From contig NC_068984.1 in the NCBI RefSeq assembly GCF_001194135.2, forward strand, positions 70,427,415 through 70,479,053: a stretch of DNA of 51,639 nucleotides. Direction: 5' to 3'. This DNA comes from Octopus bimaculoides (Eukaryota). Under the pieces are notes generated by a model. The model was given only the letters and a program-made list of their open reading frames with translations, searched no databases and was not told where the DNA came from. Made by a program: the position numbers and the translations under genes. The first letter of the stretch is position 1. Each line of letters begins with the position of its first letter. This document shows, one piece after another, positions 10,960-22,821 of the stretch.

Positions 10960-11212
10960 TACTATGCCATAGCAAAAATTCACGAAAGTGAAAACATAAA
11001 TGAAGCAAGAAAGAGAGCACAAATGTATGAGTTTATGCTCTACCACCAAGTGACTTGATATTAAGACCAATAATAGATGGCCCAGGATATGAATCTTGCC
11101 ATCTGAGTAACGTCTTAGACATCATATTAAAAGTATTCATTGAAAATATTATAATTTTTATAAGAGAGGGCTTAAATTTGCTAAATTACCTTCTGGAAAA
11201 AATTGAAGAAAT
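10960..11212 (+). mobile_element. Penelope-like reverse transcriptase fragment
   Basis: YYAIAKIHES... followed by SDLILRPIIDGPGYESCHLSNVLDIILKVFIEN...IREGLNLLNYL matches the PLE RT motifs FYxLPKIHK, RPIIxGP and LSxxLDxILKP. Frameshifted. Confidence 0.7.
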
Positions 11213-11226
11213 ATATCTGATCGTAT

Positions 11227-11420
11227 AGGTGCAGGTGTAGCTGTGTTGTAAGAAGATTGTTTCACAACTACATGGTTCTGGGTTCAGTCCCACTGTGTGG
11301 AACCTTAGGCAAGTGTTTTCTACTATAGCCTCAAGCAGACCAAAGACTTGTGAGTGGATTGGGAAGACAAAAACTGAAAGAAACCTGTTGTGTATATATA
11401 TAAATGTATGTATATATATA
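11227..11420 (+). mobile_element. SINE family A, 5' half
   Basis: Head GGTTCTGGGTTCAGTCCCACTG, CORE-like CCTTAGGCAAGTG, ending in the internal (TA) tract. Confidence 0.8.
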
Positions 11421-11753
11421 TAGGCAGAATTAGCTGAACATGTGCTGTTTGAGTAGTGCTCACTTAAGAAGTCTACAGAATAGCCAAAATTAGATGTCTG
11501 GTCTAAGGATTTTCCTGTCAGCATGGAGCAGTTGGCTCCCTTGTCAGCATGTATCTGCACTTTTCCTACAAGATTAAGAGTATTCTAACTCTTATTTCTA
11601 GCAATGTAGATGTGGTGGCACCCTTAGTCACACTTGGTGATTACTGAATTCTTCTTTGTGAGATTATATTGTGCTTAGCTGTTTATATTAATTATATNNN
11701 NNNNNNNNNNNNNNNNNNNNNNNNNNNNNNNNNNNNNNNNATATATATATAAC

Positions 11754-12130
11754 TAAAAGAAGAAAAGTAAATGGAGATTAGGAAGTTAACAGTTAATTAT
11801 TATTAACAAATTGGTCACCTTCGGTACTTACAGCCATTTCAATTAATACTCAATAATTTAATTACAAATTTGTACATTAAATTTGCACTTATGTGACATG
11901 AGCATAATTTCATCAGAGAAAAAGATGTACCTTGAGATGTTATATGTGGTAGTATCAATTCATTTCAGCAGACTGTTGAAATAAAGTTGATAAGTCCGCA
12001 TATTTAATGTACAAATTTGTAATTAAATTATTGAGTATCAATTGAAACAACTGTAAGAAGGGAAGATGACCAATTTGTTAATAATAAATAATTATTAACT
12101 TCCTAATCTCTATTTTATTTTCTTCTTTTA
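11754..12130. mobile_element. Fold-back MITE with about 140-bp terminal inverted repeats
   Basis: Left arm AAAAGAAGAAAA..GAGATTAGGAAGTTAA..TTATTAACAAATTGGTCA..TACTCAATAATTTAATTACAAATTTGTACATTAAAT is mirrored in reverse complement at 11990-12130; spacer about 100 bp; no ORF. Confidence 0.85.
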
Positions 12131-12147
12131 ACTGGATATAACTATAT

Positions 12148-12296
12148 GCATCCCCATAACTTAGTAGTTCAGCAAAAGAGACTGGTAGAATAGATACCAG
12201 GTTTTAAAAAAATTAGTCCTAGGATTGATTTATTTGACTAAAGCAATGCTCCAGCATGGCCGCAGTCAAATTACTGAAGCAAGTAAAAAATAAAAG
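12148..12296 (+). mobile_element. SINE family A, 3' half
   Basis: CCCCATAACTTAG...GCTCCAGCATGGCCGCAGTCAAAT tail. Confidence 0.75.
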
Positions 12297-12886
12297 GTAT
12301 CCATCAATACAGAGAATATTTATATCTCTTATGATTATAGAGTTGAAGTCATGAAATTCTGGTTAGATAACAAAAGAACATGGACCACCAAAGTGCATAG
12401 AAAAAGAAATAATCGTAAAAATACTAATATTTATTCAGAAGAACAGCCATTTTCTTTTTGAGGATAACTTTCACCATCAAAACTCCATCTCTGCTATGGA
12501 AATGAAAACAGGCTCAAACTTATGCACATTTAGTTATGGCTTGTTTCCATATCACTGAGATCCTAAAATCACAACAAAAATGAGGTATTCTTCTTTTAAA
12601 TATATACAAAATAATGGGAAAATATATCTTGACAATTGTTTCTCTTTGTGAAATAAAAACATAGAAGAAAAAGAATTTGAAGTAATATTTAAAAGAATTA
12701 ACTTTCAAAACTGCTGTCGCGTAAGATAAATTTAATTTATTTCATTTTCCCTTTCCATCTGTGTGACTGCACTCTTAACAATTGAAAGTGTAGCATCTGT
12801 TGATAAAATGCAAATATCTTCTTTGCATTTTTAAGATAAAGACCTGAAAGTATTTAGCTTTCAATATTTGTGTATAGGCATGGCTC

Positions 12887-13295
12887 AGGCGCAGGCATAG
12901 CTTTGTGGTAAGAAGCTTGCTTCCCACCCACATGGTTTTGGGTTCAGTCTCACAGCATGGCATCTTGAGCAAGTGTCTTCTACTGTAGCCTCATGCCAAC
13001 TAAAGCCTAGTGAGTGGATTTGGTGGACAGAAACTGAAAGAAGCCTGTCGTATATATACATATATATATATATGTATATATTTGTGATTGTGTCCGTGTT
13101 TGTCCCTCCACCATCGCTTGAAAACTGATGTTGGTGTGTTTATGTCCCTGTAACTTAGCAGTTTGGCAATAGAGATTGATGTAATAAGTACCAGGCTTAC
13201 AAAGAATAAGTCCTGAGGTCGATTTGTTCGACTAAAGGTGGTGCTCCAGCATGGCCACAATCAAATGACTGAAACAAGTAAAAGCGAAAAAGAGA
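12887..13295 (+). mobile_element. SINE family A, full length
   Basis: Colinear with the best copy at 33996-34390. Confidence 0.9.
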
Positions 13296-13312
13296 GAATA
13301 TATATGTGTGTG

Positions 13313-13366
<54 letters not shown>
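13313..13366. repeat. (GA)n microsatellite
   Basis: Near-pure tract. Confidence 0.95.
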
Positions 13367-13369
<3 letters not shown>

Positions 13370-14260
13370 TGCAATGGGTAAATTGTCGCCATTTTATATT
13401 TTTAATTTCGCACATGCGCATTGTTTGTTTTTTATGTTGTCAACTACACTGCATAGTGAGGTCAGTTGGGCACCATCTCTGAGTAAAACAGCACCATGGC
13501 ACATGTCAATCTACCAGAAATTTCGAAATGACCTGCTGTACTGCTGCTTGACATTCACATCAGAAACTCCAGTACAAACATTTCAGAGTGTTTGGCTGTT
13601 AATCTGAGGACATATACCAAGAGTGATAAAAGTCAAACATCCAGTCAACATCATTGTGTTTGCAGTGATCACTAGTGATGGTGACGTTATGCCTCCATTC
13701 ATCTTTCCATACAGCTCCAGATTCAACATGGAGGCCTCCATCAAGTGCTCGCAGGAGGTAGTACTGCCCTAGGTCAAGATGATGGCTACTGGAAGACCTT
13801 ATGTCTGGCAGCAGAACTCTGCACCAAACCACACAAACAGGAAAACCCAGTCATGGCTGTCAGATAATTTCTGCGACCACACCACCCCTAACATCTGGCC
13901 ACCTAACTCCCCAGACTGCAATCTCCTTGATTATTATGTGTGGGAACAGTTGAGCGAGAGACCAACAAAACTCCTTGTAACACCAAAGATGAACTGAAGG
14001 CAAGAATTATGGCAGCATTCACCAACTTAAACAAGGAGACCGTCCAGAAGAGTTGCAGGAGATTTCGAAGTCGTCTGGAGGCCATGGTTGAAGTCAGTGG
14101 CGATTTTGTTGAATAAATTTACTCTTTTGTATTTCAAGATATTTTTATGCAATTTTGGTAAATATATCTGTTAAAATGAAATTTCAGTGTTATTTTCATT
14201 TTTGGGTAATTTAAACAGTTTATTCAACACGCCTTCCATATAAGGACACAATATGCCTGT
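13367..14260 (+). mobile_element. Internally deleted maT-type (DD37D) Tc1/mariner transposon
   Basis: KHPVNIIVFAVITSDGDVMPPFIF...YVWQQN(D)SAP...WPPNSPDCNLLDYYVW. There are 37 residues between the second catalytic position (13815, D->N) and the third D (13929). TAG at 13770; frameshift after VW; C-terminus RFRSRLEAMVEVSGDFVE* (stop 14114-14116). Confidence 0.85.
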
Positions 14261-15374
14261 CATACATAAATAATATATGCAATAGTATAAAACCAAAATC
14301 CTAATAAGTAGGAAGGTAGATAAAACACAAACCCCNNNNNNNNNNTGCGACCACACCACCCCTAACATCTGGCCACCTAACTCCCCAGACTGCAATCTCC
14401 TTGATTATTATGTGTGGGAACAGTTGAGCGAGAGACCAACAAAACTCCTTGTAACACCAAAGATGAACTGAAGGCAAGAATTATGGCAGCATTCACCAAC
14501 TTAAACAAGGAGACCGTCCAGAAGAGTTGCAGGAGNNNNNNNNNNNNNNNNNNNNNNNNNNNNNNNNNNNNNNNNNNNNNNNNNNNNNNNNNNNNNNNNN
14601 NNNNNNNNNNNNNNNNNNNNNNNNNNNNNNNNNNNNNNNNNNNNNNNNNNNNNNNNNNNNNNNNNNNNNNNNNNNNNNNNNNNNNNNNNNNNNNNNNNNN
14701 NNNNNNNNNNNNNNNNNNNNNNNNNNNNNNNNNNNNNNNNNNNNNNNNNNNNNNNNNNNNNNNNNNNNNNNNNNNNNNNNNNNNNNNNNNNNNNNNNNNN
14801 NNNNNNNNNNNNNNNNNNNNNNNNNNNNNNNNNNNNNNNNNNNNNNNNNNNNNNNNNNNNNNNNNNNNNNNNNNNNNNNNNNNNNNNNNNNNNNNNNNNN
14901 NNNNNNNNNNNNNNNNNNNNNNNNNNNNNNNNNNNNNNNNNNNNNNNNNNNNNNNNNNNNNNNNNNNNNNNNNNNNNNNNNNNNNNNNNNNNNNNNNNNN
15001 NNNNNNNNNNNNNNNNNNNNNNNNNNNNNNNNNNNNNNNNNNNNNNNNNNNNNNNNNNNNNNNNNNNNNNNNNNNNNNNNNNNNNNNNNNNNNNNNNNNN
15101 NNNNNNNNNNNNNNNNNNNNNNNNNNNNNNNNNNNNNNNNNNNNNNNNNNNNNNNNNNNNNNNNNNNNNNNNNNNNNNNNNNNNNNNNNNNNNNNNNNNN
15201 NNNNNNNNNNNNNNNNNNNNNNNNNNNNNNNNNNNNNNNNNNNNNNNNNNNNNNNNNNNNNNNNNNNNNNNNNNNNNNNNNNNNNNNNNNNNNNNNNNNN
15301 NNNNNNNNNNNNNNNNNNNNNNNNNNNNNNNNNNNNNNNNNNNNNNNNNNNNNNNNNNNNNNNNNNNNNNNNNN

Positions 15375-15691
15375 GTTGCCAGTACCGCCTGACTGGTTCC
15401 CGTAGGATTTTCGAGTGAGATCGTTGCCAGTGCCCCTGGACTGGCTTGTGTGGGTGGCACATAAAAGACACCATTTCGAGCGTGGCCGTTTTCGTGCGGG
15501 TGACACGTAAAAGCACCCACTACACTCTCTGAGTGGTTGGCGTTAGGAAGGGCATCCAGCTGTAGAAACTCTGCCAAATTAGATTGGAGCCTGGTGTTGC
15601 CATCTGGTTTCACCAGTCCTCAGTTAAATCGTCCAACCCATGCTAGCATGGAAAGCGGACGTTAAACGATGATGATGATGATGATGATGAT
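15375..15691 (+). mobile_element. RTE LINE 3' UTR copy with (GAT)n tail (5' part lost in the gap)
   Basis: Closely matches 4230-4518 (AAAGCACCCACTACACTCTCTGAGTGGTTGGCGTTAGGAAGGGCATCCAGCTGTAGAAACTCTGCC). Confidence 0.9.
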
Positions 15692-15744
15692 ACATATATA
15701 AATAGATACACACGCACACAATCACATATATATTTGTATTTATG

Positions 15745-16110
15745 TTTTCTTTTACTTGATTCAGTCAATGGAAGGCAGCCATGCCATGCCACTACCTTAA
15801 ATGGTTTCTTTGAATTAATCATCCCCAGTACTTATTTTAAATCTGATACTTATACATTTGGTCTCTTTTGCAAACCACTCAGTTACAGAAACCTGTACAA
15901 ACGAACATCAGTCGTTGTCAATTGCTGGCGAAGGACATATACTAAGAAAAAATCTCAAACACACACGCACACACACACAAATGCATATATGTATATGGTT
16001 GACTCAGGGCTATAGTAAAAGTTCCCTGCTGAGGTGCCATACAGTGGGACTGAATTCAAAACTGTGATAGCAAAGCAAGTTTCTAAACCATACAGCCACA
16101 CTTGCACTTA
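15745..16110 (-). mobile_element. SINE family A, decayed
   Basis: Reverse-complement family motifs GGTGCCATACAGTGGGACTGAA and CCATACAGCCACACTTGC. Confidence 0.7.
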
Positions 16111-16471
16111 TACATATGTTTGTGTATGTGTGCATGTGTGTGTCTGTGTGCATGTGTGTGTATGCATGTATTCTGTATATTCACATACTCTTGTATGCAT
16201 GCTTATATATGTACATATATGTACATATATACACATATATCTTTATTCATATCCATATCTCTCAACCTATCTATCTAGCTAACTACATATATATTCAGTA
16301 TATTTATTTTTTTTTTTTATTTATGTGTTTCAGCCAAGTGGCTGCGGTCATGCTGGTGCACATGAAAATATACATACATATCCAGTATTGTACATACACA
16401 CACACACACATATATATACATACACACACACATATATACACACATATATATACATACATACATACATACAT

Positions 16472-16506
<35 letters not shown>

Positions 16507-17589
16507 NNNNNNNNNNNNNNNNNNNNNNNNNNNNNNNNNNNNNNNNNNNNNNNNNNNNNNNNNNNNNNNNNNNNNNNNNNNNNNNNNNNNNNNNNNNNNN
16601 NNNNNNNNNNNNNNNNNNNNNNNNNNNNNNNNNNNNNNNNNNNNNNNNNNNNNNNNNNNNNNNNNNNNNNNNNNNNNNNNNNNACACACACACATATATA
16701 TACATACATATATATATATAAAATAAATATTTATATTTCGTCTATATAAAATATATGGGTAGATGATGTGTTACAATGGTGAATATCTTAATGAAATGAT
16801 GTAATTCTGAATGAAAATAAACATGTCAGTTGAGATACGATAGCATAATTGGAATGAAGATTTATAACCATGTTAATGGCAGTTCACCTTCAAAAGATGA
16901 ATTAGTGAGTGTATCTCATTGGCTAATTTAAATGTTTCTGAATTATTTATATCCTAATGGACACTATTGAATAGTTTAAGAAATAATTTCCTCTCCAGAG
17001 TTAGCTTTAAGTTGCAAAACTAATAATTAAAACTATTTGGTTACTTCCTCATTAATCTCTAGTCTTTGCTTCTTATCATTTATATTTTTATATTTAATAT
17101 TTTCTTTGATTCTTCTGTTTGTCTTTCAGTTTATATTTTTGACATATTCCATTTCAATTCCCTCTTTCTGTCTGTCTCAGTTTCTGTCTGTTTGTCTCTC
17201 TATCTCTTTTTTTCTCTAAATTTCTTTATTTTGAATTGTTTTGACTAGGAAGATGAGGAGGAAAAAATAACTAGAACAAAAATGACCTATATATAAATTA
17301 TTTATTTTTTACTTTAAAAATATCGTATTCCAGTCATCTTGTATCAACAGAATACTTTATACAATTTTAGAATTTTTATCATGTCCAGCAGCTTAAGTTA
17401 CACGTGCACTGAATTGTGCATATGTATCTGCAAGTATGTCTGCATGTGTCATTGTATATGCATCTACATGTGTATGTATATCTCTGAGTATGTATATGCA
17501 TGTATACGGGAGCATTTTCTCATAATATTTGTGTCTTTCGTGTTTGATCTTAGCTCCGTTTGCCTCCTTATCAAGGTAAAACTACTCCA

Positions 17590-17785
17590 TGTAACGATTC
17601 AGTTGTTTAACTCAAAAATCAGCCCTGACCAATCAGACATGTAATCAAATGCATTCCTGGCATGATCTCTTTTTGTCCTGCTTCCCCACCCCCCACTGTA
17701 GTTTATCTAGAATTACATTATCCATTGTCTTCTGATGGTAGGACATGATATAAAAGAAATCTAACCAGTATTTCTAACAGGTTGA
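17590..17785 (+). repeat. Unclassified interspersed repeat (family D); further copies at about 19495-19575(+), 20070-20170(+), 21530-21720(-), 26530-26700(-), 31170-31365(+), 40815-40890(+), 44650-44720(+)
   Basis: Shared degenerate block GTTTAACYCAARRTCAGYYCTGA..AGAC.T.TGATCAAA.GCATTCC and downstream TCTAG.A.TACATTATCCA...TGATTTGA...GATTTGG.TG.TATTTCTA.CAGG. Confidence 0.6.
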
Positions 17786-18068
17786 ATGAACACATACACT
17801 TTCTCCATTGCTTTAATTCAGTTGAATAATTTGATTTGATCTACAGATCCAACACACCAGATAAATCAGGTTTTAACCAGATTGGCAACCAACCTGTACA
17901 CTCTAAATACAATGGTTTACAGACAAGGTTCAGAAAAGTAAATTAAGTATGTTGCATATCTAATTTCTTTGTGTATGCATCAGAATTGTGATTGTTGTAT
18001 TCCAAGATCAAGTTCTGTGAAAGATGACATTGTCCTTCGTCCTTTCAGTGTCAATAAAATTAGTAGCA

Positions 18069-18303
18069 AAGGTGGTGAGCTGGCAGAAATGTGAGCAAGT
18101 CAGGCGAAATGCTTAGCAGTGTTTCATCTGTCTTCACATTCTGATTTTAAATTCCAGCCCGCAGGTTTACTTTGCCTTTCATCCTTTCGGGGTCGATAAA
18201 CTAAGTACCAGTTGCATACTGGGTCGATCTAATTAACTGTCCCCCCACCACCACCACCAAAAAAAAAAAAATGTCGGGCCTTGTGCCAGGAGTAGAAAAG
18301 AAT
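18069..18303 (+). mobile_element. SINE family B monomer (tail1)
   Basis: AAGGTGGTGAGCTGGCAGAAA head, TTTGCCTTTCATCCTTTCGGGGTCGATAAA core, GGGCCTTGTGCC...AGTAGAAAAGAAT tail. Confidence 0.85.
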
Positions 18304-18977
18304 AAAATTAAAATAAGTAACAGTTAAGTACTGGGGTCAGTGTAATCAACTTACCCCTCCCCTCATAATTACTGGCCTTGTACTAAAAATTAGGAAGAAT
18401 TTTAAGATGAGGATGAGGATGAGGAGGATAAAGAGGATTAGGATGAGGGGATGATGATGACCACAATGATGATGATGACAACCATGATGAATAGGTGTCT
18501 GAAATAGATTTGACATATTTCAGTTATTCTATTATTCTATTATATGTTTCAGCCCGAAGGCTGTGGCCATGCTGGGGCACCAAGAGTGAATGGACCTAAA
18601 AAGTGATGCTTAGAGTAGTGCTATTACAGTGATTTTAGATACATTGAGTTGAATTCCTACCAAAGTCAAATCTATCTTTCATCCTTCCAGGGAAAATAAA
18701 ACAAGTACAAATGCAGGGCAGTAATTTCATGAAGGTGTAAGAATTTTGAAGCATATGCTTTGCTGTATTTGCTCCAGCTCTTTGCTTTCTGAAATCATGT
18801 AATCACCATGACCTACTTGAGTGGTATATGTAATCCATAGCCTAGTTTAACAGACAACAAAGGTATGTTTTGCCTTTTTTTGCCTTTTTTTTCCCCTTTT
18901 GTTAGCATTCAGTCTAGATTTCCATTTGGAGGATAACTTCTTCCTTTCTCCCCATCAGAAGAGGAATTAGAGAATAC

Positions 18978-18985
18978 TGATGATA

Positions 18986-19077
<92 letters not shown>

Positions 19078-19161
19078 GATGATGATGATGATGATGAAGA
19101 TGATGATGATTATGACGACGACAACGATGACGCTGATGATGACGATGACGACGACGTTGAT
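18978..19161. repeat. (GAT)n/(GAC)n microsatellite
   Basis: Long trinucleotide tract with GAA/GAC interruptions. Confidence 0.95.
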
Positions 19162-19268
19162 GGTGTCTTTTATTTGGCCTTTTTGCTTTTTTTGCCCGCA
19201 TTCAGCATTGATTTCCATTTGGAGGATAATTTCCTGCTTTCACAGGTTCGAAGACCGTGTGAAAGGTG

Positions 19269-19334
19269 ATGGCTGCTTCCTTTCCTCCTGACAAGAAAAT
19301 AAAAGATATAAATATGAAAAAAAATATATTTAAG
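19269..19334 (+). CDS. Candidate start-codon exon (exon 19246-19334) of an unidentified protein: MAASFPPDKKIKDINMKKNIFK
   Basis: Acceptor TTTCCTGCTTTCACAG|G (19245/19246), consensus donor AAG|GTGAGT (19334/19335), ATG in GTGATGG context, in-frame TGA at 19260-19262, ends in phase 0. Confidence 0.55.
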
Positions 19335-19583
19335 GTGAGTTTAGTTGCAACATTATTGTATGACTTTATCTATTATATGAATTATTTTTGGAGTGGGATG
19401 CTTTGTGCCAAGAATCACTGATGATGGGTTGTTTATGGGTGTGTGGAAGGGTTCTAATTATGGGTGAAAAGTATGCTGGAACAGGTGTTGTTGATTTTAA
19501 TGCTGTTTAACTCAAGGTCAGTTCTTATTGAACTGTTCTATGTCCAGAGGCATTCAAGCCAAAACTGGCTTGTCTTTTTTTTT

Positions 19584-19749
19584 AGCCGGTGTGGCTGTGT
19601 GGTAAGAAACTAGCTTCCCAACCTCATGGTTTTGGGTTCAGTGCCATTGTGTGTTGTGTGGCACCTTGGGCAAGTGTCTTCTACTCTAGCCTCAGGCTGA
19701 CCTAAGCCTTGTGAGTGGATTTGGTAGACAGAAACTGAAAGAAGCCTGT

Positions 19750-19802
<53 letters not shown>

Positions 19803-20063
19803 GTATGTATGTATGTATGTACATGTGTATATGCCTGTTTGTGCTTATACCACTACCACTTGACAACTGGTGTTGGTGTGTTTACATTCCCGTAACTTAG
19901 TGTTTTATCAAAACAGATCAATAGAATAAGTACCAGGCTTTAAAAACAAAAAAGTCTTGGGGTCGATGTGTTCAACTAAAAAGAGCCTCCAAAGCAGTGC
20001 CCCAGCATGGACACAGTCAAATGACAGTCAAGCAAGTAAAAGATAACAGGAAAGATAAAAGAT
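19584..20063 (+). mobile_element. SINE family A, full length with expanded internal (CA)/(TATG) tract
   Basis: Colinear with 33996-34390. Confidence 0.85.
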
Positions 20064-22574
20064 ATCAAAAACTACATCATATAATGTATTCCTTTTCAAA
20101 GAGCAGGGTATGATTTGAAGTAGATTTGGATGTTAATTATAGCAGATTCACTGGTGGCATAGAAAATTCCAGTTGGTTGATGTGGCTGATGATAGAATAT
20201 ATACACATCTAAATGTTAAGTACCTTCATATGCATGTTTTTCTTTTTATTTTAATAATAATTGTATTTCACTTGTATCCAACATCCCCTGTTTGTGTTTA
20301 TGTGTCATTTGTGATGTTTGTGTACTACTCAGCTAAACATACTGTTAATAATATGCTTACACAGCATTTTTCTAAACTTGTAATAATAGCTATCTAGGTT
20401 TTGACCTTAGTCCAAGACCTTGACAATTCAACAACCTATCACTCTGCATATATAATACTTCTTGAATGTTGTTAGATAAAAATTCCCTCATGATAAGTTT
20501 AATTTCAGGCATCAATCCTTTTTATCATGAACTCAGTATATATTCTACTTTTGACTTTGTGAAAATTTGGTGAATTGTGACTATTGACAAAAAAAAAAAA
20601 AAAAAAAAAAATGTGTTTAAACTGACTACGCATCATTATAAAACTTTATAGAAAACAAATTCACCATTGTGTTACATATAACATAAAAGTAAAGTTAATC
20701 CAGTAAATATATATTTTCATAAACTGCTTGCAAAACACGATAAAACAGCAAATCTGAGAACTGAAAAGTGAAGGGAATTATTCTATGTGAATGAATTTAA
20801 GTGATAGGAAAACAAAAATTTATAGACACACTTTTGCTTGTTTTAAGATTTTTTCTCTAACTTTTTCTTTCCTTTTTTGTTTAATGTTGCAAATTTACTG
20901 CATTTTCACAGGTCTTGGTAACCAGGAGTATGATCACATACATGATACAACCATTTCACTTTAGAGGGATCTGTTTTCATTTTAAATTTGTGCTGCATTG
21001 TAATAAAAATTCATTCACATAGCCTTATCTCTCCCTTTTCCTCGATTGGCACCCACCATATCGATTTCTTTTATTTATCACCTAGTTTTTTTTTTACATC
21101 AGTTTAATGATGAGAAAAATGGAAACCATTACATACACTTGAGTGAGTCCTAGGGAAAAAAATAGCCTGCTGATATTATTTTTGTTGGTGAAAAGGAGCT
21201 GGATTAAAAATATGAAGTTTATTGTCACATCTGTGAGTTACTATGGAAACAAAAGTGCCATATAACTGCTTCTATAAATTGATATGACTGTATACCAAGC
21301 CACAAGCATTATACAAAAATATTCATTTACCATTTACAGTTTTCATGCATCCCAAAGGTACATAGGATCACTGGTCATGTTTAATTTCTGAAGCACTTAT
21401 AAGAAAGCATTCCGCAGAGTAAATAAATATATTTCAACTATTTTATCACTAAACACTCCCCACCTCTTAAAAAGGCTATACACACTATATGTTATACTAT
21501 ATACTATATCCAACCTCATCTGCCAACCTAGGAGCTTTTACTTGGCTGTTCAGCTGACTGAAATTAACAACCAAATTTCCATCAAATCATACTCTGCTGT
21601 CATTAAAAAATATACACACATCACATGTACAAAAAAGTGAGAGAGTGTCATTACTGCATTGCCTCTGGCTATAGGTCTGTTCAATCAGGGATAACTTGAG
21701 GCATAAAACCAACAGTCATAACAACTATTCCCTAACTACAACACTTAATCACACTCAGTAGAACCATCAGTGATAGGGGCAGGGACAGGTTGTTGCATAT
21801 AATTTCTTCATATAAAAATTTATGTCCTACAGAGTAATCTGAAGTAAGAAGAAATGAATTCCATTTCCAAGAGTGGTGTAATTGATACTGCTGGCTTCAG
21901 TTTGAATGCCATTTGATTAACATCAACAATAAAAAGTTCCAGCTGGTCAATGTTCTTAGATGGCAGGAGAGGGTATATTGGATGGCTAAAAGCCAAAAGA
22001 GGCTATAACAAGCAGTAAGTACAACAAAGAGAAGAAGATTTAGGTTTGTTGGTTAGTGGCGGTGGTAGTGGTCGTGGTGATGGTTTTAACAACTAGCTTA
22101 TTTTCAAGTGAGTGGAGGCTGTTGTAATAAGGATAGAATTGGCAGAGAGAGAAGTCAGCGTATCTGTAAGTGAGCCAGAGATCGTAGAGTACGTTAGATG
22201 CTGAATCTGCAAGAATCCACAAGATAAACGTCTTGTAGATGCAATCTATAATGTTTCATGGAGTACTTATTGTGGGACAAGAGCACAAAATCTATTAATC
22301 TCTTAATTAATTGGCATATCTTCTTAAACTCGTGCACATTGCAAAGACACATATGCAAAGTTTCAAAAGCATATGGACAAATATATATGCATATAAAGAT
22401 TTTCAGATACATGTAGACAAGCAGACATATTTATGCAAATGCTCACAGATTTAGACTCAGAACTTCAGTATATCATCAGTTGAAATCATGACAAAATCTT
22501 GTATGAAATTTAAGAAATATGTATGACAAGGTAACTATGAAATACATTATTTTAATATAAAATATACTTCACAG

Positions 22575-22787
22575 ACAGGTGCCACATGGATGTTTGATAA
22601 GAAGTTTGCTTCCCAACCCCATGGTTCTCAGTTCAATCCCAGTGTGTTGCACCTTGTGAAAGTATTTTCTATTACAGACCTGGGCAGACAAAAGCCTTGT
22701 GAATGGATTTGGTAAGCAGAAAATTAAAGAACCTATCATGTATATACATATATGCATACATCTATGTATGCATGTGTGTGTGTGTGC

Positions 22788-22821
<34 letters not shown>

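Noticed and set aside
14346-14535. Exact 190-bp duplicate of 13872-14061
   Set aside because: Identical, shares the same lesions and is bounded by Ns on both sides; most likely a scaffolding or gap-filling artefact.
14377-15613. Long ORFs of 290-380 aa in the ORF track (also those at 16116-16726, 22569-23519, 27331-27969, 35017-35755, 45796-46872)
   Set aside because: They run through N gaps and microsatellites; they are artefacts of untranslatable Ns.
18914-19291. Poly-His, poly-Ile and poly-Met ORFs (likewise poly-Asp 40791-41108 and 36822-37048, and HT/CV repeats 41450-41778)
   Set aside because: Simple translations of tri- and dinucleotide microsatellites that lack stops by construction.
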